Assembly (NCBI GenBank): GCA_043228905.1
Contig: JBHGNT010000011.1
Coordinates: 5,518,001-5,582,000 of the forward strand
Length of the DNA: 64,000 nt
Source of the DNA: Azolla caroliniana
Lineage: Eukaryota; Plantae; Polypodiophyta
Reading direction: 5' to 3'
Below, one piece after another: positions 1 through 9,525 of this stretch. The first letter of the stretch is position 1. Each line of letters starts with the position of its first letter. The notes beneath the pieces were generated by a model that was given only the letters and a program-made list of their open reading frames with translations, made no database searches and was not told the origin of the DNA. The position numbers were made by a program, and so were the translations under genes.

Positions 1-276
1 AAAAGCGAAGTGACCAACGGGGATGTCAACAAAAAAGATTGTTGAAAAAAGGATGGTGACTACGCCATTCTCACAAAAATGTGAGGACGGCCACCAAGAT
101 CCGTTCCCCGAAAAGGACAACATTCGATATAGAAATTACGTTATAACTAACATACACATATGTATATTTATCACATACATATGATCAAATACATATACAT
201 GTGACCACATATGTGTATATTAAAAAAATTCGTAACATCAAATAGCCAACATATGATGAAATTGAGACACGTAATC

Positions 277-530
277 GAGGCATATTGCCTCTACACACAC
301 GAAACATAAAAAAAAAAGGGTTAATCATAATACGCAATTGAGGTAATGACCTCTTACGTATACAACACCAAATGCATATCATTTACATAAAAATTGAGGT
401 ATTGACCTCATACGCATACGTAACATATGTATGTGAATGTGATACACAATTGAGGTATTAACCTCGTACGCATACGACATGAATCACATATCAAATATAT
501 GTCAAATGAGGTATTGACCTCATACACATA
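277..530. repeat. Array of GAGGTAWTRACCTC hairpin repeats with exact 56-bp period
   Basis: Cores start at 340, 396, 452 and 508, with a variant GAGGCATATTGCCTC at 277. Intervening sequences are divergent. Confidence 0.8.
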
Positions 531-1170
531 TGTAAACGTTTTATACAACCAATTAATTACCACTACAATATCATTGAGTCGATGAAAGAAAACACATATT
601 GACTATACATGATTAGATTGGGAGAAGAAAGAATAGAAAAAAAACAAGAAAGAGTTACTGAAGTTCGTTTGTTGATTGCTATCTGGATCAAGGTCAACCG
701 CACATCGATTGATCACCATCCATCAAGAAGACAAAAACCAACAAAAGAAACATTAGAAACAATAGCTCTGATACCAATTGTTAGAGCGATGGTCTAATGT
801 AAGCATATGATAAAGATAAAAGATATAAGAAATAAGAAAGGTGAGAGAGAAAGAAGGGTGTTGATCCACCCGACCACCCCCGAACGAAGGGATCGAGATG
901 GACTCGAGCCTCGATCGGTGTCCCATACCACTGCCGTGGCATCAAGTCGTGCCTGTTGTTGGCACGCACGCTACAAGAGTTGACCCACCACAAGAATAGA
1001 GTCTCGACATAGTCAAGAGATGATGAAATGAGGGTAGCTAGGCCTCATATTTATAGTGATACCCAAGGCCCCCAGACAAGTTCACACTTGGCCTAATGGG
1101 TTGTCTCAATCCCTAGGATTAAAAGTAATCCTCCCCTTCTTTACACTCTTGTTTAACCCTCACACTTATC

Positions 1171-1865
1171 TGATGAAAACTCGACGTTCCTTATGTTTGA
1201 CGCTCGGCCACAACCAAGATTCTTTTTATACACAGAAAAACAGGTAATGAAAAACGCGACACAAAAGGGAGAAATAGTACACAGGAGGTTTACGTGGAAA
1301 ACACCAAAATAGGGGAAAAACCACGGCAGCCCACAGGCTGCAAACTGTCACTATGTAGCAATATACAACAGTGAGTACACTGAGGCAACGACCTTGCACT
1401 CTCAGATCTTCGCCACAGGCGGCGGTTACAACAGAGGCAACGACCTCGTCTCTCTCTCTCTCTCTCTCTGTACAGTTGCGCGCTCTCACTATCTTCTTGC
1501 ACCAACAAGGAGAAAAATAACAACAAAAATGACAACGACACATAAAAGTTTGCCCTAAGTCATATTTATACTAATATGACTTTTCGGCTATTTACAAATG
1601 TAGCCTCAATGGGCTCTCAGAAACATATTCACAAATATGTCTCTTCCTCCGGTTCATACCGGGCCTGCACCATCCGTCTCTCCGCAGTCGGGTACTCCCC
1701 ATCCGGTTCATACCGGGCCTACACCATCCGGCTCTCCGCAGTCGGGTACTCCCCATTCGGTTCGTACCATTTCCGGAGGGACCTGTCTCCCTTCCCAGTT
1801 TGTACCAGTTTGTTCGTCGGCACTGTTCTTCTCCCTTCCCATCCGGAGGGACCTGTCTCCCAACA
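1171..1865 (-). mobile_element. Solo LTR (Tork/Tnt1-like copia family) inserted in the LTR of the host element
   Basis: TG...CA ends, exact TSD TTATC (1166-70 / 1866-70), empty site visible at ~3373. Homologous to 22102-22884 and related to LTRs 36025-36582 and 45051-45373. Confidence 0.92.
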
Positions 1866-2730
1866 TTATCCACGTGTATAGAATACTACGGTAAATTCTC
1901 ATCACTGGATATTATATGGTCATGCCCGGAACAAGAGTTTTGTCTCCCTTCGATGTCATTAGCCTTGAGTCTGGACCATGTATACTCTTTTCGTGGTGAA
2001 CCGGGAGAAAGTGGTTGTCAAGCACCTCCGAGCTACTTTGTCAATTAGTGCTCTCTGTCTCTCTGTCTCTCTCTTTGACAAACAACAAGAATGTAAGGAC
2101 AAAGAAGATATATTATTAAACATCACTTCTTGTTACAAAGAGGTTTAACAACATACAAGAGGTGGTGATTAGGGTTTTGGCTTACTTAGCTCTAATGAAG
2201 GCTTAAGGGGGATAAAAGAGGAGCTCTAATACACTAATAGGAAGATAAACCTAAGATAGCCCCCATAGCTGCTTTTCTAAGGAGATTTGCTGAAGATCCC
2301 CCAGCAACCGTTGGTTTTCTTGTTCCAAAGCATGGAACTTCTCCTTCAAGCATTGAAATTCCGAGAAAACAGATTGATATTCTTCAGCGCTAACAGTGGC
2401 CATGGGATGAAAGAAAAGAGGAATAAAAGATTAGTAGGAAATGAGAGAGACAGAAGGTAGGAAAATTGGTTCAAACTGTCATGAATAGTACTGAGACAGA
2501 GAAGGAATTAGTACTAAACGAAGGATTAGTACTACGAGAGGTGTGAACTTCTTCGAGAGAAGGGAGAAGTGAGTGAGACAGAGAGAGAGTGAGTGAGTGA
2601 TGATAAGAAAGATATTTATTATATGAAGAGAATATACAACGGTGGCTAAAAGGCTTAAGACTGGCGTTGAACCAATTTGGTTCAACATAATGCCTAGTGC
2701 CCTCTTTTATAGTGTTTTCAGGAGTAATCC

Positions 2731-2750
2731 TGAAGCTTCTAGAATGTTCC
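2731..2750. promoter_or_regulatory. Heat-shock element (4 phased nGAAn/nTTCn units) in chromovirus U3
   Basis: tGAAgcTTCtaGAAtgTTCc lies ~20 bp upstream of the minus-strand TATAAAA (2711-2705). The same motif is at 25679-25698. Confidence 0.7.
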
Positions 2751-2825
2751 AGAGAAATCTGGAATATACACTAATTTCCTATAATAAAATGTACATGAAA
2801 ATAATATCCTACGTATTACAATAGA

Positions 2826-2885
2826 TGGTCTAATGGTCAAGAGCTCGACCCATATAACCTAAGGTCATGGGTTCGAGTCTTGCCA
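2826..2885 (+). other. tRNA-like Pol III A-box/B-box cassette, antisense in LTR U3 terminus
   Basis: A box TGGTCTAATGG 2826-2836 and B box GGTTCGAGTCT 2870-2880, with AAGGTC before the T-arm-like segment. It does not fold as a complete tRNA. Confidence 0.6.
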
Positions 2886-2895
2886 TATCATGACA

Positions 2896-3764
2896 CTATC
2901 TGGATCAAGGTCGACCGCACATCGATTGATCACCATCCATCAAGAAGACAAAAGAAATATTAGAAACAATAGCTCTGATACCGATTGTTAGAGCGATGGT
3001 CTAACCTAAGCATATGATAAAGATAAAAGATATAAGAAATAAGAAAGGTGAGAGAGAAAGAAGGGTGTTGATCCACCCGACCACCCCCGAACGAAGGGAT
3101 CGAGATGGACTCGAGCCTTGATCGGCATCCCATACCACCGTCGTGGCGTCAAGTCGTGCCTGTTGCTGGCACGCTCGCTACAAGAGTTGACCCATCACAA
3201 GAATAGAGTCTCGACATAGTCAAGAGATGATGAAATGAGGGTAGCTAGGCCTCATATTTATAGTGATACCCAAGGCCCCTAGACAAGTTCACACTTGGCC
3301 TAATGGGTTGTCTCAATCCCTAGGATTAAAAGTAATCCTCCCCTTCTTTACACTCTTGTTTAACCCTCACACTTATCCACGTGTATAGAATACTACGGTA
3401 AATTCTCATCACTGGATATTATATGGTCATGCCCGGAACAAGAGTTTTGTCTCCCTTTGATGTCATTAGCCTTGAGTCTGGACCATGTATACTCTTTTCG
3501 TGGTGAACCGGGAGAAAGTGGTTGTCAAGCACCTCCGAGCTACTTTGTCAATTAGTGCTCTCTGTCTCTCTGTCTCTCTCTTTGACAAACAACAAGAATG
3601 TAAGGACAAAGAAGATATATTATTAAACATCACTTCTTGTTACAAAGAGGTTTAACAACATACAAGAGGTGGTGATTAGGGTTTTGGCTTACTTAGCTCT
3701 AATGAAGGCTTAAGGGAGATAAAAGAGGAGCTCTAATACACTAATAGGAAGATAAACCTAAGAT
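2896..3764. repeat. Second copy of an ~870-bp direct duplication (copy 1 = 679-2257 minus the solo LTR), including LTR 2986-3440
   Basis: Near-identical sequence from CTATCTGGATCAAGG to GATAAACCTAAGAT, extending ~320 bp beyond the LTR into flanking DNA. Confidence 0.92.
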
Positions 3765-5360
3765 CAGAGAAGTGCGACAAAAGACACAAAAAGCTGGAAT
3801 TTATAGCTTTTTACAATTAAAGTATTTATCTTCCACACTAGGTTTGCCCATTGGCTTACATTGGTTAACTGAGCTCATTATCCTTCATCGGTGCTGCAAT
3901 CTCCACGACCAATGTGCCAAGTGCAAGATACATACTTAACATCCCCCCTAACCTAATGGAGTGCATACTCATGGGTGAAATGGTTAATGCGAAGGAAGAG
4001 GGTCAAGGGTGAAGAGAATGGAAGAGAATGTAGGTGATATGGGGGTGACCACTATACCTTGAGAATGTTTTGCATTGCTAAAATCACCAAGAAGAGGCCC
4101 AATCAGATCAAGAATCGGGTCAAATTACGCAACTAGAAATATATTTGATTCAGAACGAATTTTGATGTGGATAAGAGATGTCATTTGAGACTTTTTTTCT
4201 GTTTTGATTACTTTTTGGCATAGACTGAAATGCTTTTGGAAGAGTTAAAAATTGGTTTAGTTTGAAGAAAAAAACAAAGTTCTTGGTACAATCACTGTTT
4301 ATTATTTTTATTTTATTTTATTTTGTAACTTTTGATTTGTGTGTTCTATAGGGTCATTGGTCACCATTTTATTTTGGCACCACATACCACCCCTTGTTTC
4401 TCCAAAACGCGTTATAGTTTGTTTTCTTGGGTGGCACGCAATTTTTGTTTGACTTTTTAGGGGTGCTGCAATGGAATATGTGTTTCTTCTAAACATTGGT
4501 TATATATTGTGGTGTACCTTTTCATAATATGCCATATACATGTACATATATATGTATGTATGTATGTGTATGTAATTTCTACATAGTATCAATATAATGT
4601 TGTTTGACTCTTCACTTCCACCATGTTCTTTGGCATATTAAAAGTGCGTGTCTTTAGATTGTAACATCAAACACCATCGATTTGAGGTTTACCGTAAGTC
4701 CATTTATTGTAACAAGTGATTCGGCATTTGAGAGAAAGAAAGAAAGAAAGAAAGATATATTAACGTCTTCTAAGGCCAAAATTGGCCCATGAGACAAATG
4801 GTGTACAACAAAAATGGGATATTTACCCATTCATCGAAAGTAAAAATAAAAATAAGATAAAATAGAGTTTAAGCTAAATAGTTCTAAGAAAACAACAAAC
4901 ATGTTCTATATAAAAAACATGTTCTACAATGAGAATGATTCTATACTAGGCCTAATTTCATTTCCATCCAAGTCTCTCGAAGAGAAGCGGGGGGTCAAAG
5001 GGTTGCCATGATGTGGATGTGGCCCGTGGTCCCCATGTAAGAGGTACCCCAACCATAGCTTCGAGTCGGCGTAGCTCACGTTCCCTTATCTTCTTAATCT
5101 TTTCTACTCCACGTTGACTTGTGTTGAAGCCCAACATCCGAGGACGTTTGGTTGCTCTTTGTATTTCTGCTTCCTCAAGGGAGAGGCCGAGCGGCATAAG
5201 TGTATCCACATTCATCGTCTCCCCATGTTCCTGAAAAATTACACTAGGTACATGTTGATGAGTAGTAAAAGGGTTATGATTAACACTTTGTAATTTATCC
5301 TCCCTATGTTGTTTTAGCTCTAAGATATACCTACCTAGTCTCTTTACACTCGGGAGAGAG

Positions 5361-5585
5361 ATGGCTCGAGGTTTTGTGGTGGGTGACATAGAGGCAAATC
5401 ATGAGGCATTGGGAATGCTTTTCCATATGATACCTACACTTATGGTTGTAATGGGGATCCTCTCCCTAGTTATTGCCATGTGTGCTGGTAAATCAAGCTA
5501 TGGTGGTCGTGGTGGCGGCGGTTGTGGCGGCGGTGGTGGCGGTGGTGGTTGTGGTGGCGGTGGTTGTGGTGGTGGCGGGGGGTAA
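5361..5585 (+). CDS. Small single-pass membrane protein with Gly/Cys-rich C-terminal tail (74 aa), putative
   Basis: Hydrophobic segment LFHMIPTLMVVMGILSLVIAMC followed by a GGGGCGG tail. The architecture resembles small uncharacterised plant TM proteins ending in GGCGGG. No expression evidence. Confidence 0.55.
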   Translation: MARGFVVGDIEANHEALGMLFHMIPTLMVVMGILSLVIAMCAGKSSYGGRGGGGCGGGGGGGGCGGGGCGGGGG

Positions 5586-5589
5586 TTAG

Positions 5590-6250
5590 CATGAACTTGC
5601 ACATTACCTATTTTTATGAAATCCTTGGTGTGTGTCCATGGCTACACAATGTTGAACCTCTAATAAACACGGAGACCATCTACACTTTGTTTGGATCTGC
5701 TATTTTGGAGGGTTTATTGCAAATTCTAGACGATTCCTTCCAATCCTCACCCAGCTTTCATTGTCATTTTAATCATTGTTTGCATTATAGATGAAATTGT
5801 TTGGTTTCTATTGGACTTAAACTTTGTAAATGACACTATTCTTGGAAAACTTAATTCAATGAATGTTTGCTTTTGCTTAGAGTGACTATTATGTATGTAG
5901 CTATGTGTTTAACACAGAGTGTATTCACATCTTATAATGGTCAGATCTGAACCAGACATATTGAACCTAATTTTCTAGTTTACATAGCATAGATATAATT
6001 GTTGTAACTTTAGAAGTTACGTAACCCCACATACTCCCATCTATTGTCTTGGTCAATCACACCATCTCTTGTAGCTAATTCCTCGCCCCAAAGTTCTCTA
6101 ATTATTCTCGCATTTGCCGAATTCCTTATACACTCTTATCCTATATTCTGTTGACACGTCCTTGTACCACCATATTAATCATGTTTTGAGGCTTGCTTAT
6201 ATTAAAGAAGAGATGGAAATTTTAATGGTCTTAGTCAACTACCTAGTTTC
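5590..6250. repeat. Degenerate dispersed repeat (probable old LINE fragment), second copy at ~46915-47460
   Basis: Colinear shared blocks such as CATTGTCATTTT, AACTTTGTAAATGA, GATATAATTGTTGTAACTTTAG, CCACATACTCCCAT and TCTTGGTCAATCACACCAT. LINE identity is a guess. Confidence 0.65.
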
Positions 6251-6399
6251 GCAAACTTTATTTATATTGGTAATGTTTACAAGGATTGGCTGAGTGCTTG
6301 CAACATGTTACTTATTGTTCTTGGTGCAATCTCCAACAAAAAAATGCGACAAAAATTACGTGCCAAATAATTTTATTGCAAGATATCGAAATGTGATTA

Positions 6400-7077
6400 A
6401 ACTTTGGTTACTCTTGACGATTTGCCATCCAAACCTCATAAGCCAAAAATAATTCTCATTTAAAAAACTAAATGTTTACTTTCTAAGCATATTCAAGAGT
6501 TTAAAATTAAATGGATGGATGGTTCTATTGAAGATGTTACTTGGGAGCGAGAATATGCTCTTAAAAACATACTCACTAACTTTTCATTGTAAGAGTACGA
6601 TATTTTAGAAAGCGGAGTAAGTTATGAGTATAATTGTAACCGTAGTTTTGGGCTAATTCATAAGGAATGAAGGGTGAGGATCGAGGTATCTCAATCCTAT
6701 AGAGGGAGATCAATTTAGAGTGTTTCATCACTTGCCTACATTTTCTATAAAAAAAAGCAACCAAGTGTGAAACACAACAAGGGCCTAGGGTTTCAGCCTA
6801 TGTCAAAAGGCTAGCTTAGCTATCTTCACGAAGGGTGATCTCTTTTCTTCAATCGGTTTTGAGATAGAGACTTTGAAAGTGAAAGTGTGGCAAAGCTTTA
6901 GCTTCATAAACGTATGCCTCCTTCTTCAAACCCAAGGTACGATCCATGTTCGTAGATGGTGGTATGGGACATCGGTTGATGACTTAGATTCGTCCGTCAC
7001 CTTTGCTAAGGGGTGGTTAGGTGTACTGCCACCCTTTCTTTCTTTAATTTTGATTAATATTAATTAAGATTCTAACA
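6400..7077 (+). mobile_element. 3' end of a degenerate Reina-like chromovirus: chromodomain remnant, PPT, LTR (~6620-7077)
   Basis: 6490-6590 translates to IQEFKIKWMDGSIEDVTWEREYALKN (KW...TWE chromodomain). A purine tract follows, then an LTR ending TCTAACA that is homologous to 28367-28835. Confidence 0.65.
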
Positions 7078-7323
7078 ACCAAGTAGTCGCAAATCTGTGA
7101 GATGCGATCTTTGCAAGTATAGTATACATCAAACTCCATGAACGGAATAAAAAAGAGCATATTGCTGTGACTAATCAATATTTGTAATTACACTTTCCAA
7201 GCTTGTTAGATGCTTGACTATAGATGGAAACATGGTTTCAAAACCATTTTCTTTGAGATATGTCATAAAAAATTGAAGGTTTTTCTAAATGAAGCTTAAA
7301 TAAGACGCACAACTTTTCATCAA

Positions 7324-7703
7324 TGTTGAGCGAGCAAGCTCAATTGGATCCAAATCGGCTAAATAAGCCATAACTGGATCGGTAACCGGAACGGAGAACC
7401 GGTAGGCCATTGGAGCCTACGGTTTGAGTCTAGTACGTAGGCATATTCCTTGGAGTTAGTGTCAGTCGCTCGTATGAGCATTGAAGTACATGTCAGTCCT
7501 TTTAAGGACTTGTATAAAAAGTGTTCTGTAGGACATTTGTATGTACAAAGTGTTATTATTTTGAATTGAGTTTATGTTATTCTGCTCTCTCTATCTGTCC
7601 CACTCTCTGTCTGTGTTTTATGAAGCTTCCATTAAACTTGTACTCTTTCAGTTGCTATCCAGGTGAACTGGTTTGTCAAAGCTTCCGCATATTAACTTTT
7701 GCA
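7324..7703 (+). mobile_element. Solo LTR
   Basis: TGTTGAGCGAGC...TTTTGCA with exact TSD ATCAA. Same family as 26483-26872. Confidence 0.9.
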
Positions 7704-8702
7704 ATCAATTTCAATGCGAGAACACTTCTATGCTTGAAGATTTCTATATGTTGAGTCTAATTGAGCACCTACATTTTTCATCTCCTTCTTTAGCTCCACT
7801 TTTAAAAGTTCACTTGTTGAATTTTCAACTATTGAGGCAATCCAATCATATGTTGTTGAAATGGAAGAGAATTTCTTGTCTATCACAATTTTTCCTACGG
7901 TAGCTACTTCCATTTACATTTTAGGTGGGTTGAAATGACATTAGCTTCATATTTGAGGTTTCAAGGTGAGAGGTATCCTCTAATTGTAAGCATGTGTTTA
8001 TACTTGAGGAGCCTCTATGATATATTGAACAATGATTGGTGAAGTCTTCCCAGTCGACCTGTATGCTCCCTTGAGCTTCACATGCAAATCCGCATGCAAA
8101 AAACTCTCTCCACTTCATTGTTTAAGGCATGTGTATCATAAACTCTTTCATATAGCTTCTTGGAGAAGTTTTATAGCTCCTTCTTTAAGTTTCTTATGTG
8201 AAATCTTCTCCTTGTTTTTTAATGTGATGAGCCCTTTGTTTTAATCATCCATTCTCTCATTTCTTTGTATATGTCAGAACAGGCACAAAGGAAATAGACC
8301 CACCATAATTTTGTCCCTTGAATAACCCTATAGCTAATATTTTTAGTTTCTTTTGTGGGAAACTTTTTTGTGGGTGTCTTCTTTACCATTGTGGTGAGTA
8401 TCGCTTCCTCTTTCTACTAGGCTTTCATAAAACATCAAAAAAGAAAAATAGTAATTTGCTTTTTAGCATAGATACAAACATAAAACTTAGAGACAACAAA
8501 ACTTAGATTTCAATCTCTGTTGCTTTGTCGAATGCCCAAACACATACAAATAATAGAAACAAAAAGAAAATATACATAAAGTTGGGTACAAAGAGAACAA
8601 ACAACAACTAGGTTCAACTGCCTCTTCCGAAGCTAGTTGCTAACCATGGTGGGTAACAAGAAAGAAACCTTTTAGTATGCCCAAGCACAAGCAACACATA
8701 AA

Positions 8703-8860
8703 TAGAGCACATTTATGATCATAAATATGCAAGGTATGAATATACAAGGCACGCATAGAGCACATTTATGATCACAAATATGTAGGGTACAAATATATAA
8801 GGCACACACATAGCACATTTCTAATCACGAATATGCAAGGCACAAATATGCAGGGCGCCC
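8703..8860. repeat. Degenerate tandem repeat, ~53-bp unit x3
   Basis: AGCACATTT at 8706, 8759 and 8812, each followed by related AATATGCAAGG sub-repeats. Confidence 0.7.
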
Positions 8861-9229
8861 ATACATGAGGTAAATAATTTACATTCGCACACAATATTAA
8901 TGATCACATGTGCCCTACTTACACACACACATAAATATATAAACATATTAATACGTAAACTTGAACATATCCATGCACGTTAATTTATTACATTATCATC
9001 TATGGGTTTAGGGTTTAGCATAATGCTTATATTCATCTATAAACTTGTTTTTTTACATTCACCTACATTACTTATTATCATCTCTACTAATTTCTTTTTC
9101 ACTTATTAATGATTAATGTGACTAAATGGCATCATTATCAAGTTATCAACAAATATGAGTGACAAAATTCCTACTTACTAGTGAATTTTTTGTTAATTTT
9201 TGTATTATTGAGCACTAGAAACAACCTTG

Positions 9230-9525
9230 CACATAGGCCCAATCGACCAACCTTAGTTTGATGGACTAATAGAACAAGTGTTCAAATTAATGAGGATATA
9301 CTTCAAGCATATAGGAACAAAACTTTCTATTATGGAGTTTCCTCAATATATATAACAATTAGGTATAGTCGTTTGATGTTGATGTATTATTTTAGCCATG
9401 AACCTTGATTGATATTTAACATTTATCTTCATGAGATATATATTGTATAAACAATTTGAGGGATATACAAATATAGCTTGCACGTTGCATGAGACAAGTT
9501 ACTATTTCTCAATAAAGTATGATTT
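9230..9525 (+). pseudogene. Ancient Ty3/gypsy integrase remnant (host of Copia-1 and Copia-2); continues at 19935-20163 and 28340-28835
   Basis: QP*FDGLIEQV...EDILQAY resembles [20 protein letters not shown]. 20010-20100 gives TGKCIKLAPQACRYVTILKHFG (GPF/Y region). Confidence 0.55.

Larger units (their letters stand above)
1..1933 (-). mobile_element. Non-autonomous LTR element (LARD/TRIM-related family), 5' LTR 779-1933 plus non-coding internal region running off the window
   Basis: PBS for tRNA-iMet (GCTCTGATACCA on + at 765-776) abuts an LTR TG...CA at 779-1933. The LTR is homologous to 2986-3440, 20418-20883 and 21078-21543. Internal 600-778 is homologous to TRIM internal 20884-21077. 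No coding capacity seen. Confidence 0.8.
2258..2895 (-). mobile_element. Truncated Tcn1/Tf1-like chromovirus: 5' LTR (2477-2895), self-priming PBS, first ~45 codons of gag
   Basis: LTR TGTCATGA...TCATGACA. ATG at 2403 gives MATVSAEEYQSVFSEFQCLKEKFHALEQENQRLLGDLQQISLEKQ, homologous to Gag at 41056 (ENQRLLGDLQ shared). LTR is closely related to solo LTR 25401-25843. Confidence 0.88.

Noticed and set aside
277-530. CRISPR array
   Set aside because: Plant nuclear retroelement context, no cas genes, degenerate repeats and partly related spacers. Kept only as a hairpin array.
1169-1185. Hammerhead ribozyme core (CTGATGA...AAAC) suggesting a retrozyme
   Set aside because: The motif is created by the TSD/solo-LTR junction, is absent from uninterrupted LTR copies, and has no supporting stems.
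2819-2890. Functional tRNA gene
   Set aside because: Acceptor, anticodon and T stems do not pair properly. Only the promoter-like boxes are retained.
4055-4110. Inverted repeat pairing with ~46250-46303 as TIRs of a giant element
   Set aside because: A short diverged match with no TSD or terminal signature. More likely two fragments of one dispersed repeat.
4958-5389. 143-aa minus-strand ORF
   Set aside because: No recognisable domain, and it overlaps the start and promoter of the more plausible + strand ORF.
7704-8520. Possible decayed transposase or gene fragment
   Set aside because: Only short broken ORFs with no motif I can identify.
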